Shown in pieces: positions 52,160-63,238 of a stretch of 64,000 nucleotides of DNA. The position numbers were made by a program, and so were the translations under genes. Positions within the stretch are counted from its first letter, which is position 1; each line of letters begins with the position of its first letter. The stretch is from Octopus sinensis (lineage: Eukaryota), in NCBI RefSeq assembly GCF_006345805.1, contig NC_042999.1, forward strand, positions 165,540,001 through 165,604,000, written 5' to 3'. The notes below the pieces were generated by a model. The model searched no databases. It saw nothing but the letters and a program-made list of their open reading frames with translations, and was not told the origin of the DNA.

Positions 52160-52294
52160 GTTTTGTTGAATTTTCTGCTGCTTTAAATAAAGCATATTAC
52201 TCTACCACTGTTATTTGAGTACTCTTTTTTCCACCTTGTTTCACATTTGTATGTTTACTCCTGTATATACACACACACATATACACACACACAC

Positions 52295-52410
52295 ATCATC
52301 ATCATCATCATCATCATCATCGTTTAACGTCCGTTCTCCATGCTAGGTTGGGTTGGACGGTTCGACCGGGGATCTGGGAAGCCAGAAGGCTGCACCAGGC
52401 TCCAGTCTTA
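52295..52410 (-). mobile_element. RTE 3'-tail fragment with (TGA)n tail
   Basis: Reverse complement matches 23790-23905. Similar decayed tails lie at about 26450-26640 and 58942-59000. Confidence 0.8.
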
Positions 52411-52441
52411 TCTGGCAACATTTGAGACAAGGTATAAACAA

Positions 52442-52752
52442 TGGTCAATATACATCACTTTATTGTTGTTAATATGATTTACAACTCTTTGTCAGAGTTG
52501 TTGTTCATTTGTTCCTTGATCAGCTTACTAAATTGGTCCAATGATTAGTTGAGAAAAGTTGAACTAATGCTACCTTCATCAGTCAGAATACTTTAACTCT
52601 GGCGAAGATAGTATTAGTTCTTTAAGGTCATTCAACTTTTCTCAACCAATCAATAGGCCAGTTGAGTAAACCAATCAATGAAGGAACCAACAATGACTAT
52701 CAGAAACGGCTGTAAGTCAAATTTACTACAATAAAAGAATATGTAATGACCA
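52442..52752. mobile_element. Old foldback/MITE-like element
   Basis: tgattagttgagaaaagttgaa / ttcaacttttctcaaccaatca and outer ggtcaatatacat..tttattg / caataaaagaatatgtaatgacc. Confidence 0.5.
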
Positions 52753-52955
52753 CTACTTATATTTTGTCTTGTATATCACTTTGTGTAAAAGACCAGTCTG
52801 ACTGGGAATACAACCATGGATTTACAATATAGAATAGTGATGTACTATAACCTTGGACCCTGCTATAAGCATACATGAAGTTCTTTACTAATCTAAAAAT
52901 TATGTTAGCCACATATTTGTATTAACAGAGAGCTTATTTTGCCTGTCATTAATAA

Positions 52956-53004
<49 letters not shown>

Positions 53005-53019
53005 TAGATATATAAATGA

Positions 53020-56019
53020 TGGACTTGGACTTGGAAGGAGCGATCTGAGAGGAAGGCACCAACCCATCATACAATATCTGGATGGAAACTATATGCTTGA
53101 AGCTTGACATGTAATAGGCGGTGGTTTACCGAGTCAAAAGCTTTGGCAAAGTCCAATAAAACGATGTCAACAGCATCACCATCATCCAGGATATGCGTCA
53201 CCAATTCTTCCATTACCAGTAAGTTGGTCAAGCATGATCTCTTCGGCACGAAGCTGTCTTGGGAATCAGAGATAGAGGCTGTGTTTTGGAGGTGGAGCAA
53301 CATACTTTTCTTAAGAATGGTTTTGAACATCTTGCTGATTATTGAAGTAAGGGAAACCGGTCAGTAGTTAAGCAGGTCTTCACGGCTCCCTTTCTTGAAA
53401 ATTGGGCAGATTAACGCTGTTCTCCAGTCTGCAGGTATAACACCCATCGCCAATGACATTGAATAGAAGTGTTAAAGGTTCGCAGATGACCGGAGCCAAC
53501 GCTTTGATAAGCTGTGGGTGTATGCCGTCAGGGCCATGACCCTTGTTGACATTGAGGCCTTGAATAACACGTTCGACTTCATCCTGAGTGATGACCAATC
53601 TAGGCATTGGAGGTACCGAGCTATCAAATGGAGGGGGTTCACAACCATCATCTTGTTTGAAAATAGTTGAAAAAGCCTCAGCAAATAACTGACTCTGCTG
53701 ATAAGGGTCCTCAATCGATATGCCTGTTGAGTCTACCAACATTGCAATTTGGTTGTTCAAATGCGAATTCCATTGGACATGGGCAAAGAAGGTTTTTGGA
53801 TTGCAACTGGCGTTTGCCGCGATTCTGTATTCATATCTGAAGCGTTCTTCCTTTTCAATTTTCACGGCTCGGTCTCGTTGAGTTTTGTACACCTCAAAAG
53901 CTGCAGTCGAATCTAGATTTTTGAATTCAGCCCAAGCAATATCTCTGAGTCGAAGTTCTTGTTTAACCTTCTTCATCACCCAGGGCTTGTGTTTCTTCTT
54001 CTTGGGAAGCCCAACGGGAACTGCTTTTTCAGTCAACCAGATTACATATGCTTTGAGGGACGACCATAGTTCGTCAACTGAGGACATCGTCATTAGGGAT
54101 CGCCTGTCCAGAAGCGCGGAAGCCTCGGTTAGAATTTCAAGATTGATTGCAGAGAAGACTCTACGTGGCAGCGCAGTAGTCGTGGGCATAGAAAAAGTTG
54201 TGTGCATGGCGAACTTCAGGACCATGTGGTCACTCTTGGCAAGAGGGGCGTACACAGATAAGCCTGACACTGATCTTGGATAGCGGGAGAATACCAGATC
54301 CCGCATAGATGGCTGCTGCCCAGACTGATGCCTTGTCGGATATTCAACATGTTGCGATAGAAAACAATCTTCAGCCATGTCAAGAAGGGCCTGGAAGATG
54401 ATGTACAAATTGATGTGGGCCAGTCGATCGTGGGAGCGTTGAAATCTCCTAATATCAAACAGTCATGAGAAGCTGAAACGAATCTTATCGCTTCGAGTAA
54501 ATGAGCATCGTCCTGGGGATCGGCAAGAGGCAGCCTGTAGACAGCTAACACGGGTAGGCAAAACCCGGATAGGCTCAGCTTGCAATAGACGGCATCGAAT
54601 TTTGTTGTAGGTTGAGCATTAGTGGGTAGAATATCGCTGGACGGTTTGAGATCAGATTTAACATACACAGCAACACCTCCACCTCGCCTTTTTTCTCTGT
54701 CACATCTGAAGAGGGTGTAGCCCTGTAGGTGGATTTCCGAGTCCTTTACTGCTGGAGTCAGCCAAGTCTCAGTGATAGCTATCACATCTGGGGAATCACA
54801 CATGGCCAGTGTAAATAATTCGCTGAACTTTGGAAATAAGGAGCATTAGTTGGTATAGACGATGCTGAGCTGTGAAGTTTGAGAGGCGGGAATGAGGGAA
54901 CAAGCAGAATAAGGGGTATCAGAGATAGCATCGTTGTCGGGGGTATCTACTTTACTTCGATTCGCCCTTGATTCACTTTCCCTGTCAGCACTACAGCATG
55001 CAACCAGAGGTAGGACTTGATTATTTGTCCATCTTGGATGTGTAAACCCTTCTCTCCCATCTGTTTTCTCATCTTCAGTTCGGATATTAGGTTTCTCCGG
55101 CGAATTCTCTCTCTCAGTGAGTATTCCTCGCGAAAACCCATATTGGGGTCCTCCCAGGCATGCTTCTGAGCTCTGTTCAGAAAGGTTGAAGCCTCCTGAT
55201 CGGAAGAAAAGATTACTCTTATTGGGTGTGGTCTAGTGTCTGAGGTTGAGTTCACTTGGAATCTTCCTAGCCAAGCGACCTTATGGATACTGACATTTTT
55301 GTTGACAGAGAACAATTCTCCAACTAAAACGGAAACAAAATTTATGCCATCTTTTAGGTGGTTTATGCCTGTATCACCAGTGGATTCAGCTTTACCATAA
55401 ATGATTGCTGATCTTGAGTGGGCAAAATGGTCTTTCTGTTCTCTACTGTGAACTGCAGCATTCGATTCTTCATCGGATAATTTAGAAAGGGCGGTTTTGT
55501 AGCCATCAGACTTATGTAGGCATTTGGGGTCGATCGGAATGGGTTTAGTGGTCATAACTTTCCGGCCTGGTATGGAACTGCACTGCCACTTCTTCGTTTT
55601 GGAGGAGCACCACTCCCCAGATGAACTCACATCAAGATCATTCAGAATTGGTTGAGCAATGGCATTGATGGGAAGGACAAATGAGGGAGAATCCAAACAG
55701 ATTTTATCTTGAGCAGGTTTCGCAGCTAAATCTGCGCCACTGGAGTTTTGACTACGTTTCTTCTTTTTGGGAGAACAATGGTCTTCAGGTGGGTTTGAGT
55801 CTACGCTCTTCAATTCAGGTTGGGGAACCTCCGGGACCGAAATGGCAGATGAGGAAGAATCCACACAGATACGATCATGAGTGGAAACGACCGCCAGTCC
55901 TTTCGCCTTCTTTGGCCACTTCGATTTTGATCCCTTCAGTTTGGAAGTCTTTAGGGAAGAAATCAAGGGTGGCTGTGCGTCAATAGGAGACTTCGAATGG
56001 GATTCAGCCTGTTTATTCA
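53020..56019 (-). mobile_element. CR1-clade LINE internal fragment (partial ORF1 + APE + partial RT)
   Basis: APE motifs IAITETW, GGGVAVYV, GDFNAP, SDH; RT motifs GPDGIH and LDFAKAFDSVNH. Stops before the GVPQGS/YADD motifs. Clearly more GC-rich than its flanks. ataaatga is repeated at 53012-19 and 56020-27. Confidence 0.9.
53030..54870 (-). pseudogene. CR1 ORF2 (endonuclease-RT), disrupted and 3'-truncated
   Basis: Spread over ORFs 54216-54803, 53380-54408 and 53067-53330 by frameshifts. In-frame stop in LSIVYTN*CSLFPK. Confidence 0.85.
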
Positions 56020-56020
56020 A
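54947..56020 (-). pseudogene. CR1 ORF1 protein, 5'-truncated (357 aa open)
   Basis: No ATG. The C-terminal SRSAIIYGKAE..WLGRFQ..RPHPIRVIF..FREEYSLRERIRRRNLISELK..GEKGLHIQDGQII resembles the RRM/CTD-type ORF1 of invertebrate CR1 elements. Confidence 0.7.
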
Positions 56021-57639
56021 TAAATGAGTAGTGCTAGAAAAGAATGATTAGGTATTATTTAGTATAAGGTTTGGGGATCAAGATGCATTGGGACTGATGA
56101 GAGGATGTAAGGATAGATGTATCAAGTGAGTTTAGATAAACATAGTTTGAGTAAATAAATTCAATGAAGTAAAAAACATTATAATTACAGAACAGAAGGA
56201 AATAAAGCTGAGGACTTAGGACTTCGGTATTTCGTTGCTCTGAAATGAAAACTTAACTTTTATGATGAAATCTTGCCTCTGTAAAAAAAATATATGGTTC
56301 CTGTCAAAGGTAATCCTAGTTTTTGTAAGTCTTGTTCCAAAATAGCAAAGTCATAGTTGAGTAGTTGCTATTTTCTTAAAATGTGTGCTGTCTGTATATT
56401 CATGAACTAAATTTGGTTAAGTGTGTATCTGTGCATGTATATGTGTGTGTGAGTATTGTAAATGGATTTTTTTTGTTTGTTTGTTTCAATGATGAATAAT
56501 CCAATTATTTGGTCATCTGTGTTACCTGTTCCCTGTATTAACATGTAAATAGTTACATATTTCTCAAATACATGTAACCTTAACATAATTCTCTGGCAGA
56601 ATCAGTATGGCACAGTGTGTATCAAGACTGTACCTTTGAATTACTGGTACAGTTTATCCAAGAGGTGTCAACTCAGTTTACATCTATTCAATTTCACTCA
56701 CAAGGCTTAGAGTGACCCAAAACCACGGTGAAAGACCTTTGACCAACATCAAACCCAAGACTTCATATTGCAAAACAAACTTTTTAGCCAGATTGGCCAC
56801 ATATTTAGTCTGTTTGACATTTTATATAAGTAATAATGACAAATTAGAATCACGTTAATAAACCATTATTGCGATTTCAAATGAGTAAGTATTGAAAATA
56901 TATTTAAATTAAAATCTTGATTTTGTTTTTGTAATGTAACAATTATTAGAATTACTTTAATTTTCATAAATTTCCATTTAGTTTATTATTACCTGAGGCA
57001 TGAACATCACTTCATCATACTCTCCACAGATGTTTGATTACCTACTTTTTCTAAGAAATTGTAGCCTGTGATTCACCTTTAATTTACCTTTTGTTTTTTT
57101 GTTTTTTAATTAAAGTAGCCATCCTTTTTCATAACACGGTTACACTATATAAAGGGATTATATTTGGTTATACAAAACACTTGCAACTAATGTAATTTTT
57201 ATGTTAGAGGTTAATTAAATCATACTTTTACAAAATGCTAAACTTAAGAACATCATTTTTCATGAATTTTTTAAATTACATTATTTAGTTAAGCTATTCT
57301 CTACTTAAAGCTTAACGCTTCTAAGTATGCACATTATAAATTTTTACATGATTTCAAGCATGAAATAAATATAAATGGTTGCTATAGCCCTGAAGAATAT
57401 TTTTTCCAGAATAACCAGTAATTGTATCAATTTCAGACCACTTATATTTAGAGCAACTAATTACATATTTTTATCATATTTTATGTTGAGTAAATATATG
57501 AGTCAACATTATTAAAGAAAATACTGACATGTATTTCAAGACAATAACGACTTCCTTATGTAGATGACTCTATAAACCTCATTGACATATGGGAAGTTCT
57601 GAATATATTAAATATAATGTCAGAAGAAAAATATTTAAT

Positions 57640-58322
57640 ACTAGCAGTATAACCCGGCCTTGCCCAGGATTAAGTTACGATTATTAAGCTAATCAAGTTC
57701 TTTATTTCAAACCAAACTAAGTAATATCGACTCTCAACAAAACACTTTTTTACTCGGCGTAAAATAAAAACAAAACTCTTTCGCACCCAAAGTAATGTGT
57801 GTAAGAGAAAGAGTGGGGAGAAAGATGAACGATTTAAAATAAATAAATGATTTAAAATAAATATATTATAATTGTTGTGTGAGAAAGTATATATACTATG
57901 ATTATAAATATAGTGTCTTTCAAAAACTTCCTGAATTTGAACACTATATCTCGTGTTTAAGAAAAAACAAAACATTTTACATTTTATTTTTTATGAACGT
58001 CATCATTTACTCTCTCTCTCTCCCTCTCTCACTTTGTCTTTCCCGTGAAACTCTCTGCCTCCTTCTTCCACTTTTCTTTATCTTTTTTTTGTTAGATGCC
58101 ATCAAAAAGCTATGGCTGATATTTTTTATGGCTAAAAGCTATGGCTGAAAATAGAATTTTACCGCTATCCGCGGGTGCCTCAGGGAAAAAATAAGTTGAC
58201 AAAACCCAGATTGGATGTTGACGAATGTCCTCCTAAATTTTGAGCGACATGCGTGCTAATTTGTGGATGTGCATAAATTACAATCACACACACACACACA
58301 TCATGCCTTTTATAGATATGAT
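57640..58322 (+). mobile_element. Possible non-autonomous Helentron/DINE-like element
   Basis: Starts actagcagtataacccggccttgcccagg (subterminal GC hairpin), has internal microsatellites, and ends cacacac..ccttttatagatatgat. These termini are typical of such elements. Confidence 0.45.
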
Positions 58323-59756
58323 GTTTATAATTCTCTCTTGTGCTATTTAGACCAATACAGATCATCACTATACCTGCATGCTTCCTCACAGGAACAGATG
58401 GTTGAGATCTGATATTCTTTTGATCTCAAACTCTACACTCAAATATTGATGTAATCATCCTACCAATGCTTTGCTACAGATATGCAAATGCAGGTATTCA
58501 GGTTGAATATCAATTATGTGTCTAAGAGAACTTGCAAAGGTCAACAGTACTTGCTTGTATTTTCTAAGAATCTTTAAAGAAAAATGTTCTTTTACTGCAT
58601 GAACTATATATAGTTATATGTCTATGAGTGTAAAATGAAGAGTCTAAGCAACTTGGTCTGTGTCTACAACAATCATCAGCAACATCAGTGTTTTAATGTA
58701 CTCTTTTCCATGCTTGCACAGGTCTGATGGAATTTGCTGAGGTGGATTTTCAATGGCTGAATGCCTTTTCTGTTGCAATGCAACAGAAATAAGCTAATAT
58801 TTCCTTGTGACAAGAATACCACAGAATATTGGAAATGTAGGACAGCACTAGCATTACAGTGAAAGTCATTTTCAACTATCACACCATATCAAAGAGACAG
58901 TAACATGCACACACAAAGACATGTACAATAGACATATAGACATCATCATCATCTTCATTTAATATCCATTTTCCATGCTAGTACAGGTTGGATGCGTGAC
59001 AGGAGGCAGCAAAGCCAAGTGTTGCACCACATTCCATAGTCTGTTTAAGCATGGTTTCTACCGCTGGATTTGTAGTGGAATGGTATGTTGAGGAATCAAT
59101 GTAAGTTTTCAGGTGTAGTAGATGATGTTTGTCGTGTTGAACCGGTATTGATGAAAAACAATGAAGAAAGAATAGGAATGTAGTTTGCATTATTTCTTTG
59201 GCCATAGCTGCATTCACATGTTGGATACTGAAAGCTTGATTTGAAATATGAACAAATATGCGCCTACATAATGCAGCCAGCTACTTTGAGTTGGCAAAAT
59301 TGTGTACGCAGAAAAATGTGCAAAGTAAAAAGGAGGAAAAAGAATGTTGATGGGACAAGGCAGTACAAAGACATACTTTGTGTCTGTCTGTGCATTCACC
59401 CATCGCTTCTACTGTGTTGTCTCTGTACCTCAATTGCTCTGCAAGGTCTGTAGTTATCTATCTGGTCTCTCTCTGCTGATTGTCAGCTCATCAGCCAGGA
59501 AAATGAAATGTAGTTTCCACAGATGCCCTCCCTAACACCATCTTCTTTACCGAGTGTACTGGATGCTTTTACGTGGCACCATCAACAATGCTTTTCATAT
59601 GGTACCAGCAGCCACACCAATGTTTTTTTTTTATGTGGCACCTTGGTTTTAGGATCTTAATTCTGTTGTGGTGAGTGGGCCTTCTTGAGTACACCAATGC
59701 ATCGCACAACTTGGTCCTTTGTCATCTCCTCCATAAGGTACAACATATACATCTAT

Positions 59757-59788
<32 letters not shown>

Positions 59789-59894
59789 TATATATATATA
59801 TAATTTTATCCAAAGGGAAACAAAAAAAACAACACAACAACAGGAACAATTACAGTATTATTATTAATAGGCGCTCAGGAGATGAAGCAGGGAG

Positions 59895-59929
59895 GTATGA
59901 CGTTTCGAGCGGAGCTCTTCGTCGGAAAC
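59895..59929 (-). ncRNA. Minimal hammerhead motif, family C (U4C core, GUC site)
   Basis: Minus strand: gttt CCGACGA a gagc-tcc-gctc GAAAC GUC atac. Sits in a ~230-bp module (59800-60028) between (TA)n tracts. Confidence 0.55.
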
Positions 59930-60275
59930 ATAAAGAAGGAAGAGAGAGGAAAGAAAGATCCCAGAGCGGGCAACAGGGAAAGAGAAAAAAGACGACTGGT
60001 GTTTACGGGTTGCACATGGTGAAAGCATATATATATATATATATATGACAGGTTTCTTTCAGTTTTTGTCCCATATCCACTCAGAAAGCTTGGTCACCCT
60101 AGAGCTATAAAAAGACACTTGGCACAGAGTTGGATTGAACCTGAACCACATTGTTTGGAAGGAAACTTCTTAGCACACAGTCATGCCTACACTCACAGTG
60201 GGAATGGTTAACCCAGAAGAGTTTATTGAATATCAGTAATTTAGTTGCTATTTAAGGTGGCAAGCTGGCAGAATT

Positions 60276-61939
60276 GTTAGCAGGCTGGGCAAGACGCTTA
60301 TTGGCATTTTGTCCCTTTGTTAGCAGGCTGGGCAAGACGCTTATTGGCATTTTGTCCCTTTGTTAGCAGGCTGGGCAAGACGCTTATTGGCATTTTGTCC
60401 CTTTGTTAGCAGGCTGGGCAAGACGCTTATTGGCATTTTGTCCCTTGTTAGCAGGCTGGGCAAGACGCTTATTGGCATTTTGTCCCTTGTTAGCAGGCTG
60501 GGCAAGACGCTTATTGGCATTTTGTCCCTTTGTTAGCAGGCTGGGCAAGACGCTTATTGGCATTTTGTCCCTTTGTTAGCAGGCTGGGCAAGACGCTTAT
60601 TGGCATTTTGTCCCTTTGTTAGCAGGTGGGCAAGACGCTTATTGGCATTTTGTCCCTTTGTTAGCAGGCTGGGCAAGACGCTTATTGGATTTTGTCCCTT
60701 TGTTAGCAGGCTGGGCAAGACGCTTATTGGCATTTTGTCCCTTTGTTAGCAGGCTGGGCAAGACGCTTATTGGCATTTTGTCCCTTTGTTAGCAGGCTGG
60801 GCAAGACGCTTATTGGCATTTTGTCCCTTTGTTAGCAGGCTGGGCAAGACGCTTATTGGCATTTTGTCCCTTGTTAGCAGGCGGGCAAGACGCTTATTGG
60901 CATTTTGTCCCTTTGTTAGCAGGCTGGGCAAGACGCTTATTGGCATTTTGTCCCTTGTTAGCAGGCTGGGCAAGACGCTTATTGGCATTTTGTCCCTTTG
61001 TTAGCAGGCTGGGCAAGACGCTTATTGGCATTTTGTCCCTTTGTTAGCAGGCTGGGCAAGACGCTTATTGGCATTTTGTCCCTTTGTAGCAGGCTGGGCA
61101 AGACGCTTATTGGCATTTTGTCCCTTTGTTAGCAGGCTGGGCAAGACGCTTATTGGCATTTTGTCCTTTGTTAGCAGGCTGGGCAAGACGCTTATTGGCA
61201 TTTTGTCCCTTTGTTAGCAGGCTGGGCAAGACGCTTATTGGCATTTTGTCCCTTTGTTAGCAGGCTGGGCAAGACGCTTATTGGCATTTTGTCCCTTTGT
61301 TAGCAGGTGGGCAAGACGCTTATGGCATTTTGTCCCTTTGTTAGCAGGCTGGGCAAGACGCTTATTGGCATTTTGTCCCTTTGTTAGCAGGCTGGGCAAG
61401 ACGCTTATTGGCATTTTGTCCCTTGTTAGCAGGCTGGGCAAGACGCTTATTGGCATTTTGTCCCTTTGTTAGCAGGCTGGGCAAGACGCTTATTGGCATT
61501 TTGTCCCTTTGTTAGCAGGCTGGGCAAGACGCTTATTGGCATTTTGTCCCTTTGTTAGCAGGCTGGGCAAGACGCTTATTGGCATTTTGTCCCTTTGTTA
61601 GCAGGCTGGGCAAGACGCTTATTGGCATTTTGTCCCTTTGTTAGCAGGCTGGGCAAGACGCTTATTGGCATTTTGTCCCTTTGTTAGCAGGCTGGGCAAG
61701 ACGCTTATTGGCATTTTGTCCCTTTGTTAGCAGGCTGGGCAAGACGCTTATTGGCATTTTGTCCCTTTGTTAGCAGGCTGGGCAAGACGCTTATTGGCAT
61801 TTTGTCCTTTGTTAGCAGGCTGGGCAAGACGCTTATTGGCATTTTGTCCCTTTGTTAGCAGGCTGGGCAAGACGCTTATTGGCATTTTGTCCCTTTGTTA
61901 GCAGGCTGGGCAAGACGCTTATTGGCATTTTGTCCCTTT
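60276..61939 (+). repeat. 43-bp satellite, about 39 units, derived from the head of SINE family B
   Basis: Unit gttagcaggctgggcaagacgcttattggcattttgtcccttt. Preceded by the SINE start ggtggcaagctggcagaatt and followed by the SINE body (61940-62085). Confidence 0.95.
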
Positions 61940-62169
61940 GTACAATCTGAGTACAAACTACATCAAGGTTGTCTTTGCTTTTCATTCTTTCGAGTTTGAT
62001 GAAATAAGTGCTAGTTGAGTACTGGAGTCTCAATGAAATCGATTTATTCCCTAAATTACTGACCTTGTGCCAAATTTGAAACCAATAATTTGGTTGCTAT
62101 GAGAACCAGAAAAGTCAACCATTTTCTGAGAACAATTAACCTTAGCCTTGCATATTAATGAGAGCATTT

Positions 62170-62345
62170 AACCGTAGGCACATGCATGGCTATGTGGTTA
62201 GAAGCTTGCTTTCTCCAACCACATGGCTCCAGGTTCAGTCCCACCATATGGCACCATGGGCAAGTGTCTTCTACTATAGCCTTGGGCTGACCAAAACCTT
62301 ATGAGTAGATTTAGTGTATGGAAACTGAAAGAAGCCTGTCCTATA
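62170..62345 (+). mobile_element. SINE family A, 5' part
   Basis: ggctatgtggttagaagcttgc..ggttcagtcccacc..ggcaccatgggcaagtgtcttc. Confidence 0.7.
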
Positions 62346-62353
62346 TACAATAT

Positions 62354-62405
<52 letters not shown>

Positions 62406-62732
62406 ACTATATGAGCAGCCACACATTATAGACTTACACACCCACACACGTCAAAGTCAGTAGCCCCTATTCACACACACACCATTCGCACATACACACA
62501 CATGCATGTGCATCTTCATTTGGGATCACCAGCACTTTATTATCTCCCTTCTTCTTCTAACCTCTTCTTTCAAACTTTGTTTCTAATCATTCACCACGCT
62601 TGGCTGCTAAGGCTACAGGGGTTTTTTTTTCATTCTCTCTCTGTTTATTTTCTCTTATTCCTTTCAAACTAAAACACTGACTTTGTCTTGTTTTTCTATA
62701 AATTTCAACTATATATACACACACACACACAC

Positions 62733-62771
<39 letters not shown>

Positions 62772-62857
62772 AATCCAAAAGGGAAACAAAAAACAACAAC
62801 AACAGGAACAATTACAGTATTATTATTAATAGGCGCTCAGGAGATGGAAGCAGGGAG

Positions 62858-62892
62858 GTATGACGTTTCGAGCGGAGCTCTTCGTCGGAAAC
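62858..62892 (-). ncRNA. Duplicate of the family C hammerhead motif
   Basis: Identical to 59895-59929. Confidence 0.55.
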
Positions 62893-63238
62893 ATAAAGAA
62901 GGAAGAGAGAGGAAAGAAAGATCCCAGAGCGGGCAACAGGGAAAGAGAAAAAAGACGACTGGTGTTTACGGGTTGCACATGGTGAAAGCATATATATATA
63001 TATATATATGACAGGTTTCTTTCAGTTTTTGTTCCCATATCCACTCAGAAAGCCTTGGTCACCCTAGAGCTATAAAAAGACACTTGGCACAGAGTTGGAT
63101 TGAACCTGAACCACATGTTTGGAAGGAAACTTCTTAGCACACAGTCATGCCTACACTCACAGTGGGAATGGTTAACCCAGAAGAGTTATTGAATATCAGT
63201 AATTTAGTTGCTATTTAAGGTGGCAAGCTGGCAGAATT

